This document shows positions 53,174 to 61,188 of a stretch of 64,000 bases of DNA, in pieces (positions within the stretch are counted from its first letter, which is position 1; the number at the start of each line of letters is the position of its first letter). The stretch is from Patescibacteria group bacterium (GTDB taxonomy: Bacteria; Patescibacteriota; Patescibacteriia; UBA9570; JAHJKD01), in NCBI GenBank assembly GCA_043798935.1, contig JAZDOC010000017.1, positions 381-64,380 of the forward strand, given 5' to 3'. The position numbers were made by a program, and so were the translations under genes. A model generated the notes under the pieces. That model saw only the letters and a program-made list of their open reading frames with translations, was not told the DNA's origin and did not search any database.

Positions 53174-55309
53174 TTAACTAATAAGTTCTTTGGGAAGATC
53201 GCCTAAGAAGCGGGATGGTTTGTTGGCTTGAGTTGAGCCGTAAATTGTTCGTTCACTGGCATATATCATATACAGTTTGGTTTTAGCGCGGGTAATAGCT
53301 ACATAGCATAAGCGTCTTTCTTCTTCCATTTCTTCAGGTTCAAATAGCGACCTGGAATGAGGGAATAAACCCTCTTCCATGCCGACCACAAACACATTTT
53401 TAAATTCTAAACCCTTGGCCGCATGGATGGTCATTAAGTTAACAGCTTTGGCGTTTTCATCTACTTCATCCTGATCCGAGGATAAGCTGATTTCTTCTAA
53501 GAAAGCATGAACAGCTTCAATGCCTTTTAAATGCGAATGTTTTTGAGCCACGGTTTTTAGTTCCATGATATTTTCCCAGCGGCTTAAATTTTCTCGACTG
53601 CCATCTTGTAATACTTTTTTATAACCGGTTTTTTCAGCTATTAAATCGATTAAAGAGTTAATTTTTAAATCAGCAATCTGTTGATGCAAATATTGAATGA
53701 TTTTTTGAAATTGAAAAAAAGCTTCTAAACTTTTAGTTTGAATTTTTGGTAGTTCGTCGGTAGCAATGGTTAAAATATTTTTATTTTTCTCACGGCAAGT
53801 AGCTTCAATTTTTTGCCAGGAAACTTTTCCTAAGCCACGTGGCGGTTCATTGCAAACTCTTTCTAAACTCACCCAATCATCGGGGTTCACCAGAACACGC
53901 AAATAACTCATAATGTCTCTAACTTCTTTTCGATCATAAAATTTAATTCCGCCGATAACACGATAGGGAATACCATATTTAAGACAACTTTCTTCGATGG
54001 CACGCGATTGAGCGTTGGTACGGTAAAGCACTACGAATTCTGAAAAGTCGGTGATTTTAATTTTCTTCTTTATTTCATCGGTGATTAAGTTTTCATGGCG
54101 GTGGATGCTGAAAGTTTCACTTTGCATAATTCGATCTAAAATACTTTGCGGGGCAGACGGTTCTTCTAGTTCATAAGTTAATTCACTTTTATCATCCTCT
54201 TTCTTTTTTTTCTTTTCATGTTCTAAATCCAAAATCGAGCGTACAATAAATTCACCTTCGCCTTTTTCATCCTCGGCTTCATGAACGGTAATTTTTGATC
54301 CGCTAGGGTTATCAGTCCAGAGCTTTTTTTCTTTTTGAGTGATGTTGTATTTAATAATTTCATTGGAAGCGGCGATGATGTTTTTAGTGGAGCGGTAATT
54401 TTGCTCTAATAATACTACGTTGGCTTGCGGGTAATCTTTTTCAAAGTTTAAAATATTTTTCATGTTAGCGCCTCTCCATCCATAAATGGCCTGAAAATCA
54501 TCACCCACGACACACAAATTTTTATGTTTTTGGGCCAGCATTTGGATTAATAAATACTGCACTTTGTTGGTGTCTTGATATTCGTCCACTAAAATATATT
54601 GGAAAGCTTTTTGATACTTTGCTAATACTTCGGGAAAGTCTCGGAAAAGTTCGACAACTTTCATGATGAGATCGTCAAAGTCGAGCGCGTTGTGTTCTTT
54701 TAATTCGGATTGATAACGAGCATAAACCTGGCTGGTAATTTTTTCAATTAATGAATTGTGATGGCCGAATGCCTCATCGTAATCGCCGGCTGATTGTAAT
54801 TCGTTTTTAGCACGAGAAATTAAAATAGCTATGGCTTTAGGTGAAAGGTTGTTTTGATCAAAACCAATATCTTTTAATATTTTTTTTATTAAATACAAAC
54901 TATCGCGATCATCAAAAATAACAAAATTTTTATTATACTCGAGATGATGAATTTCACGACGCAATATTTGTACGCAAATCGCATGGAACGTACCCATGAT
55001 GGGAATTATTTTTGTGCTTTTACCCAGCAGTTTGCGAACTCGATCTTTCATTTCTTTAGCCGCTTTATTGGTAAAAGTGACGGCTAAAATATGTTGTGGT
55101 TTAATGCCTTTGTATTCTATTAAATAGGCGATACGGTGCACCAGAGTTTTTGTTTTTCCGGATCCGGCGCCGGCTAGAATAAGTACTGGACCGTTTAAGG
55201 CCTCAACGGCAGTGCGCTGTTCTTTGTTTAAGGGTGCTAATATTTTATGCATGAAGTATAGAATAACATATAAATAGTTGCCAAGCAATCCAATATTGAT
55301 ATAATGCAC
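53174..55309 (-). CDS. uvrD: ATP-dependent DNA helicase UvrD/PcrA
   Basis: LNKEQRTAVEALNGPVLILAGAGSGKTKTLVHRIAYL (motifs Q and I) and later SF1 motifs; 711 aa. Confidence 0.95.
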   Translation of the reverse strand: MHYINIGLLGNYLYVILYFMHKILAPLNKEQRTAVEALNGPVLILAGAGSGKTKTLVHRIAYLIEYKGIKPQHILAVTFTNKAAKEMKDRVRKLLGKSTKIIPIMGTFHAICVQILRREIHHLEYNKNFVIFDDRDSLYLIKKILKDIGFDQNNLSPKAIAILISRAKNELQSAGDYDEAFGHHNSLIEKITSQVYARYQSELKEHNALDFDDLIMKVVELFRDFPEVLAKYQKAFQYILVDEYQDTNKVQYLLIQMLAQKHKNLCVVGDDFQAIYGWRGANMKNILNFEKDYPQANVVLLEQNYRSTKNIIAASNEIIKYNITQKEKKLWTDNPSGSKITVHEAEDEKGEGEFIVRSILDLEHEKKKKKEDDKSELTYELEEPSAPQSILDRIMQSETFSIHRHENLITDEIKKKIKITDFSEFVVLYRTNAQSRAIEESCLKYGIPYRVIGGIKFYDRKEVRDIMSYLRVLVNPDDWVSLERVCNEPPRGLGKVSWQKIEATCREKNKNILTIATDELPKIQTKSLEAFFQFQKIIQYLHQQIADLKINSLIDLIAEKTGYKKVLQDGSRENLSRWENIMELKTVAQKHSHLKGIEAVHAFLEEISLSSDQDEVDENAKAVNLMTIHAAKGLEFKNVFVVGMEEGLFPHSRSLFEPEEMEEERRLCYVAITRAKTKLYMIYASERTIYGSTQANKPSRFLGDLPKELIS

Positions 55310-55333
55310 ATATTAAATAATAATAATTATTTT

Positions 55334-56218
55334 ATGCTTGAATATGGATATTTTCGCTTAGGCTACAAAGATTTCCATCATTGTTTTAGCAGATTATTGA
55401 TGTACCACAATCAAGGAGAACAATTAAAAATTGGTGATGATGTGATTGATCTTTCCGACTTAGCATTGGCAATTTACGATTTTGCCGCAAGAACACAGCT
55501 GGAATTGCTTAAAAAAATGGGAGCAACTCCGCGTCAGCCGTCTGATTCAATTAAAATACGGCCAATCGATTCACCGCGCGCTGTGGTTGAAGAAGAAAAT
55601 TTGATACCAACAACAATACGCGCTGAAGCTCATCCAATATTTCGTCATGCTGATTTATATTCAGATATTATTGGCTTGGTATCCTTAAATGATTTAAGAG
55701 GTACATTCGTCGTTCCCCCGCGTCATTTAATTAGAGCTATGGTACAACCAGAGCGTCGGGCCGAATGCGATGCTGTTAGCGCTCAAGTAGCTCCTCTGTA
55801 TGATGAAAAAAGAAGAACACAATTTTCAGATTGTACGTCAGTATTAAGCGCGATGGTGTTATTACATGAAATGGCGGCCGAATCATCATCGACAGCGGCA
55901 AATCGGCCTGGGCGTCTAGCGCAAGAGATTTATAATCGTATGACAGTTGAAGCGTGTACACATTTAGAGCAGCGGAGCGATGTTGACGAGCTTTTTAAAG
56001 GGGTTCCATTGCCGCCCGGATTATTAGCGGTTATTAAAGAGCATACTCCTTGTAATAGTGCCTTCAAAGATCCTCGTGATAAATTATTTAATAATAAGGG
56101 CTTTATTAATGCTTTAAATATTGAGCGCCAACAAATGAAAGGTATAGTAGATTTAATTCCCAAAGAGCAGAGAGAGCCGCGCGGAGAAGTGATACAGTTG
56201 ACTTTTCGGTCAAAATAG
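55334..56218 (+). CDS. Hypothetical protein, GC-elevated
   Basis: No recognisable motif. Base composition is visibly GC-richer than the flanks. The track's start at 55304 overlaps the uvrD start, so I preferred a later ATG. Confidence 0.35.
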   Translation: MLEYGYFRLGYKDFHHCFSRLLMYHNQGEQLKIGDDVIDLSDLALAIYDFAARTQLELLKKMGATPRQPSDSIKIRPIDSPRAVVEEENLIPTTIRAEAHPIFRHADLYSDIIGLVSLNDLRGTFVVPPRHLIRAMVQPERRAECDAVSAQVAPLYDEKRRTQFSDCTSVLSAMVLLHEMAAESSSTAANRPGRLAQEIYNRMTVEACTHLEQRSDVDELFKGVPLPPGLLAVIKEHTPCNSAFKDPRDKLFNNKGFINALNIERQQMKGIVDLIPKEQREPRGEVIQLTFRSK

Positions 56219-56306
56219 GTTAAAATTAAGATATTACGTTCATAACATTGACACAAAATAGAGTTTAAGCTAGTATTAATCTCGGTTAAATTATTTAATT
56301 TTATTT

Positions 56307-56537
56307 ATGGATTTACTTACAGTGTTAAATATCGTTGAAATTATAGTAATTGTTCTATTAATTATTACTATCTTATTACAGCAAAAAGGCTCTGGGCTTG
56401 GCTCGGCTTTCGGTGGCGGTTCAGATAACATCTATGCTACCAAGCGCGGTGCGGAAAAATTTATTTATTACTCTTCAATAGTATTGGCAGTTTTATTCTT
56501 AGCCATAGCTTTAGCTAGCTTTCTAATTCAGAAATAA
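56307..56537 (+). CDS. secG: Preprotein translocase subunit SecG
   Basis: 76 aa with two TM helices and the SecG signature LLQQKGSGLGSAFGGGS. Confidence 0.75.
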   Translation: MDLLTVLNIVEIIVIVLLIITILLQQKGSGLGSAFGGGSDNIYATKRGAEKFIYYSSIVLAVLFLAIALASFLIQK

Positions 56538-56598
56538 TTCTTCATGGAAGATTCATCTTCACCTCTTCCGTCTAAACCGGAAGAAAAAAAAAATAGAT

Positions 56599-58335
56599 TT
56601 GGTTTTTGGTATAGCCAAAAAAAAGATACCATCTTGGGCACAGCTTAAATATGTTGGTCATGTTTTAAATTTTCAAGAGCGTTGGATAATAGATATGTGC
56701 CTGGGAGTGATTATTTTAGCATCCATCTTTATGGGCGCTTTTCTTTATTTCAATAATACTGAATTGGTGCCATCTCTGGGTGGTGGATACACCGAAGCTT
56801 TAGTGGGGTATCCGGAAAGAATTAACCCGATTTTAGCCCAGACTAATGATGTGGACATGGATTTATCAGCTTTAATTTATTCCGGATTATTTTCTTTTAA
56901 CGAAAAACAAGAATTACAGCCCGATTTAGTAAGTAATTATGAAATTTCTGAAGATCTTAAAACTTACACTTTTTATTTAAAACAAGATGTTAAATGGCAC
57001 GATGGTGAAAATTTAATGGCGGATGATGTTATTTTCACTGTTAATTCTATTCAGGATAAATTATTTCAGTCACCATTGGAATCAAGTTTGCGCGGTGTTC
57101 AAGCTGAGAAAATTAGTGATTATGCTTTCAAGCTTACTCTAAAAGAAGTGTTTTCGCCGTTTTTATCTACTCTTACTTTTGGAATATTGCCTAAACATGT
57201 TTGGTATGATATCAGCCAGGTAACTTCACAAAATATTTTTTTAACTGAGTATAATTTACAGCCCATTGGTTCTGGTCCGTACATGTTCGACTCGCTGGTT
57301 AAAGATAAACAAGGCAATATTAAATCGTATCAGCTAACGGTTTTTAGTGATTATTATAATAATAAGCCAAATATTGAAAAGTTAAATTTTATTTTTTATG
57401 CCGATATGTTTTCGGCCATGGATGCATTGGAGCGAAAACAAGTTGATGGATTGTTTGCCGTGCCAATTGAAAACAAAGAAGATGTTTTAAAAAAGAATCG
57501 GCAAGTAAACATAAATAATTTACGCTTGCCCCAATATACTGCGATTTTTTTCAATCAAGATAATTCAAAAGTTTTAAAAAGGCCCAAAGTGCGCGAAGCC
57601 TTGGCCTTAGGAGTTGATCGCGATGATATTATTAATCAAGTTTTACAAGGTGAAGGTATTCCAATTTATACACCCATTATTCCTGGCTACCTGGGCTATA
57701 ATACCGAAGTAAACAAACACGATTATAACACTGATCAGGCCAAACAACTATTAGAAGATGACGGCTGGAAAATGGTTGATGGTGAAAATTATCGTCAAAA
57801 AGACGACATGGTGCTAGAGTTTACAATTTCCACGGTTGATCAAAGTGAATATCTGGCAGCTTTAGAGGAATTAAAAAATAGTTGGCAAGCCATGGGTTTT
57901 AAAATAAACATTAATACTTATGCGGCTCAAGATATCAGAGAACAAATTATTAATGATCGAAATTACGAAGCATTGTTGTTTGGTGAAATTATGGGTACAG
58001 ACCCTGATCCATATGCTTTTTGGCACTCTTCACAACAAGAATATCCGGGTTTGGCATTAGCTATTTTTTATCAGAAAGATATTGACGGCTTATTGGAAGA
58101 TGCTCGTAAAACTACTGATGCTGAGCAAAGACGGTTGAGATATTTTCATTTTCAAAATGTATTAGCTGAAGAAATTCCTGCCATTTTTCTTTATAGTCCT
58201 AATTATACTTATGTTGTTAATAAAAAAATTCAGGGTATTGAATTAGAAAATGTTCCATTACCAAGCGGTCGTTTTTCAGAAATTACCAATTGGTATATCA
58301 AAACAGAGAGAATCAGAAAAAGCAAAGAGCAATAA
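56599..58335 (+). CDS. ABC transporter substrate-binding protein, family 5 (Opp/Dpp-like), membrane anchored
   Basis: An N-terminal TM anchor followed by an SBP_bac_5-like body (VGYPERINPILAQTNDVDMDLSALIYSGLF..., WHDGENLMADDVIFT). Confidence 0.75.
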   Translation: MVFGIAKKKIPSWAQLKYVGHVLNFQERWIIDMCLGVIILASIFMGAFLYFNNTELVPSLGGGYTEALVGYPERINPILAQTNDVDMDLSALIYSGLFSFNEKQELQPDLVSNYEISEDLKTYTFYLKQDVKWHDGENLMADDVIFTVNSIQDKLFQSPLESSLRGVQAEKISDYAFKLTLKEVFSPFLSTLTFGILPKHVWYDISQVTSQNIFLTEYNLQPIGSGPYMFDSLVKDKQGNIKSYQLTVFSDYYNNKPNIEKLNFIFYADMFSAMDALERKQVDGLFAVPIENKEDVLKKNRQVNINNLRLPQYTAIFFNQDNSKVLKRPKVREALALGVDRDDIINQVLQGEGIPIYTPIIPGYLGYNTEVNKHDYNTDQAKQLLEDDGWKMVDGENYRQKDDMVLEFTISTVDQSEYLAALEELKNSWQAMGFKININTYAAQDIREQIINDRNYEALLFGEIMGTDPDPYAFWHSSQQEYPGLALAIFYQKDIDGLLEDARKTTDAEQRRLRYFHFQNVLAEEIPAIFLYSPNYTYVVNKKIQGIELENVPLPSGRFSEITNWYIKTERIRKSKEQ

Positions 58336-58354
58336 ATATTATCTTTTTATATAG

Positions 58355-58400
58355 ATAGCATCAAAATTTCGAATCCGGAATTTCGAATTTTGAATGAATT
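58355..58400 (+). repeat. Short tandem AATTTCGAAT repeats upstream of rnj
   Basis: AAATTTCGAATCCGGAATTTCGAATTTTGAATGAATTTT, followed by an AT-rich AAAATTRAA periodicity. Confidence 0.3.
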
Positions 58401-58476
58401 TTTATTGTAAATTGAAAATTGAACATTTGTTGTTAATTTAAAAAATTAGAAAATTAAAAAATTATTAATTATATTT

Positions 58477-60252
58477 ATGAAATCAAAAAGACGTTTGCAG
58501 ATGGCGGCCGATAATCAAAAAAAACGGTTTATTAAGCCACGCAACGAAAAAACAAAAATTGACATGGTGCCAAAAATCACCAAGTTAAGCAAAAGCGGAA
58601 ACAAATTAAAATTAGCCATCATGGGTGGCGCCGAAGAAGTTGGCCGTAACATGACCATGATAGAATACGGCGATGACATTATTTTAATTGATTGTGGCTT
58701 GCAGTTTCCCGAAGAAGATCAACCCGGCATAGATTATATTATTCCTAATGTGTCGTGTTTGCGCGGTCGGGAAAAAAATGTAAGAGGTATTATTATTACC
58801 CATGGACATTACGACCATATTGGCGGTTTGCCGCATGTTTCACCAGTTTTGCATAATCCACCAATTTACGGCACTAAATTAACTTTAGGCATTATTGAAA
58901 AACGCCAGGAAGATTTTAACGGTAAGCTGGATTTACGCGTGATAAACAGCGATGATAAATTAAACTTGGGTCAATTCCGCGTAGAATTTTTCCGTGTTAA
59001 TCATAATATTCCAGATTGTGTGGGAATAATTGTTAGAACTCCGGAAGGCACCATCGTTCATACTGGTGATTTTAAATTCGATTATACTCCGGTAATGGAT
59101 AAGATGGCCGAGTTTCATAAAATAGCTAAACTCGGAGAAGAAGGAGTTTTAGCATTATTATCGGATTCAACCAATGCTGAAAATCCTGGACAGCAAATTT
59201 CCGAAAGCAAGATCGGCGAAGTATTAGAAGATCTTTTTAGTAAAGCCAAAGGACGAATTATCGTGGGCACCTTTGCTTCGCTATTAACCAGGGTACAACA
59301 AGTTATTTGGTTAGCTGAAAAAACCGGACGTAAAGTTGTGATTGAAGGTTTTAGTATGAAAAACAATGTGGCCATTTGCCAGAAGTTAGGGTATTTAGAA
59401 GTTAATTCTAAAACTTTAATTACGGCGGCCGAAGGCACAAAATTGCCCGAAGATAAATTGGTTATCATGTGCACGGGTGCCCAGGGCGAAGGTAATGCGG
59501 CTTTAATGCGCATTGCCGGACGTGAACATAAATATTTTCATATTCAGCCCAATGATACAGTAATTTTTTCTTCTTCGATCGTACCCGGCAACGAACGTAC
59601 AGTACAAAAATTAAAAGATACCATTGTAAAAGAAGGCGCTACTGTAATGCATTATAAAATGATGGATGTTCATGCGGGCGGACACGCACAGGCTGAAGAT
59701 TTAAAATTATTATACAGCCTGGTAAAGCCTAAATATATTATGCCGGTAGAAGGTAATGCCTTCATGTTGCGCGCGGCAGGTAAAGTGGCTGAAACACTGG
59801 GTTGGGAAAAAGATAAAGTTATTATGGCGGAAAATGGTAAAGTAGTGGAATTTTCCGGCGGCGAAGCACATATTCTAAAAAAGAAATTGGACACTGATTA
59901 TGTAATGGTTGATGGATTGGGAGTAGGCGATGTTTCTAATGTGGTGTTAAGAGATCGTCAGTTAATGAGTGAAGACGGAATGTTTGTAATTATTGCAACT
60001 GTCGATTCTAAAACCGGCGCCTTGATCGGTAGTCCGGATATTATTTCACGTGGCTTTGTTTACATGAAAAACAGCAAGAAATTAATTGAAGAAGCCAGAG
60101 CCAAGGTAAAAGCGGTTTTAGTCGATAAAAATTCTAAAGATGCCGCTAACACCATGTATTTAAAAAATAAATTACGTGATGAGATCGGAAGGTTTTTATT
60201 TTTAAAAACACAACGTCGGCCAATGATCTTGCCGGTGGTACTGGAAGTTTAA
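58477..60252 (+). CDS. rnj: Ribonuclease J (metallo-beta-lactamase / beta-CASP)
   Basis: IITHGHYDHIGGLP His motif, beta-CASP motifs and a C-terminal domain; 591 aa. Confidence 0.9.
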   Translation: MKSKRRLQMAADNQKKRFIKPRNEKTKIDMVPKITKLSKSGNKLKLAIMGGAEEVGRNMTMIEYGDDIILIDCGLQFPEEDQPGIDYIIPNVSCLRGREKNVRGIIITHGHYDHIGGLPHVSPVLHNPPIYGTKLTLGIIEKRQEDFNGKLDLRVINSDDKLNLGQFRVEFFRVNHNIPDCVGIIVRTPEGTIVHTGDFKFDYTPVMDKMAEFHKIAKLGEEGVLALLSDSTNAENPGQQISESKIGEVLEDLFSKAKGRIIVGTFASLLTRVQQVIWLAEKTGRKVVIEGFSMKNNVAICQKLGYLEVNSKTLITAAEGTKLPEDKLVIMCTGAQGEGNAALMRIAGREHKYFHIQPNDTVIFSSSIVPGNERTVQKLKDTIVKEGATVMHYKMMDVHAGGHAQAEDLKLLYSLVKPKYIMPVEGNAFMLRAAGKVAETLGWEKDKVIMAENGKVVEFSGGEAHILKKKLDTDYVMVDGLGVGDVSNVVLRDRQLMSEDGMFVIIATVDSKTGALIGSPDIISRGFVYMKNSKKLIEEARAKVKAVLVDKNSKDAANTMYLKNKLRDEIGRFLFLKTQRRPMILPVVLEV

Positions 60253-60288
60253 AATAATAAAATTTTTTGTGGGTGCGAAAATGTGTAA

Positions 60289-60318
60289 TGTAGGTGCGAA
60301 TGCGTATTCGCACCTACA
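60289..60318 (+). repeat. Perfect 13-bp inverted repeat TGTAGGTGCGAAT-GCGT-ATTCGCACCTACA, with a GGTGCGAA direct repeat just upstream
   Basis: A stem-loop with no T-tract, 36 nt after the rnj stop. Confidence 0.4.
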
Positions 60319-60422
60319 ACGCCACATCATGGTGCTATTTACAAAAGCGAAAATTTTTGCTAAACTAATTATACAAGGCGTAAATTATTACGTCTTTTAT
60401 AAAACAAAAAATAAAAATAAAA

Positions 60423-60515
60423 ATGGAAAAAGCCAACAAGTATTATTATTTGATTTCGTTGATGTTTTGTATCGGTGCTGTCACTATGGCATTCAGTGTC
60501 TTGCAGGCAGTGTAA
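60423..60515 (+). CDS. Candidate 30-aa hydrophobic small peptide (MEKANKYYYLISLMFCIGAVTMAFSVLQAV)
   Basis: A small ORF ending 26 nt before an intrinsic terminator. It is below the length cutoff of the ORF track, and no clear SD sequence is present. Confidence 0.2.
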   Translation: MEKANKYYYLISLMFCIGAVTMAFSVLQAV

Positions 60516-60540
60516 TTAGAAGAGATCTCATTAATATTAA

Positions 60541-60566
60541 ACCCGTTATGATGACGGGTTTTTTTG
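60541..60566 (+). terminator. Intrinsic terminator ACCCGT-TATGATG-ACGGGT + T7
   Basis: A 6-bp GC-rich stem followed by TTTTTTT. Confidence 0.6.
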
Positions 60567-60588
60567 TTTGTATATAGATATATAATGA

Positions 60589-60618
60589 TGTAGAGACGCT
60601 CTATGGCGCGTCTCTACA
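60589..60618. repeat. Palindrome TGTAGAGACGC-N8-GCGTCTCTACA sharing the GTAGAGACGCG arm with the terminator at 46124-46165
   Basis: 11-bp arms whose 10-nt core GTAGAGACGC is identical to the arms of the 46130 palindrome. Confidence 0.4.
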
Positions 60619-60748
60619 GTAAATATTCCTCTTGACATTTTCAAAAACAGGGGATATGATGTTTTGTTATTAAAAATTGCTTATTTTTTGACAATGAAGC
60701 AAAAAAATGATATAATTAAAGCATTATAATCATTAAATCATAATAAAA

Positions 60749-61156
60749 ATGAACTTTTTAGATCAAGATTTTCCAAATGAATATGCCAAGCAAATAATGG
60801 CCGAAGCTAATATGAAAGATTTAGATGAAAAGTATTTGCAAGATTATGAAAATCGTTTGGCTGGTTTGATTGTTAGCCGTCTACAAGCCATTGCCACTAA
60901 TAATATTAGTGAAGCCGGCCGGCAGGAATATGAAAAAGTTATGGCCGATAAAAGCTTGGATAATGAAACACTGCGCGCTAAAATTTCCGAAATTTGGCAA
61001 AAAGAGATTCCAGATTATACTGCCGTCATGGAAAATGGTCTATTAGAATTCGCTAAAGAATATTTAAGCAATTTTTCCATGTTTCAAGAACCAGAAGCTG
61101 AACCGGAAATTGAACCTGAAGTAAAGCCAGAAGCTGATAATAATCAAACAGCTTAA
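60749..61156 (+). CDS. Hypothetical small acidic protein
   Basis: 135 aa with an acidic PEAEPEIEPEVKPEAD tail, directly upstream of the giant ORF. Confidence 0.35.
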   Translation: MNFLDQDFPNEYAKQIMAEANMKDLDEKYLQDYENRLAGLIVSRLQAIATNNISEAGRQEYEKVMADKSLDNETLRAKISEIWQKEIPDYTAVMENGLLEFAKEYLSNFSMFQEPEAEPEIEPEVKPEADNNQTA

Positions 61157-61188
61157 ATTAAAATATTTTTAACAAATCTCAATAATTT

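Noticed and set aside
55304-55333. The track's start for the GC-rich ORF, overlapping the uvrD start codon.
   Set aside because: Overlapping divergent starts leave no promoter space. A downstream ATG at 55334 or later is more plausible. The true start remains uncertain.
60269-60577. A 102-aa ORF in the ORF track, downstream of rnj.
   Set aside because: It spans a perfect 13-bp hairpin and an intrinsic terminator (ACCCGT...ACGGGT + T7). It is low-complexity and has no motif. I judged it non-coding.
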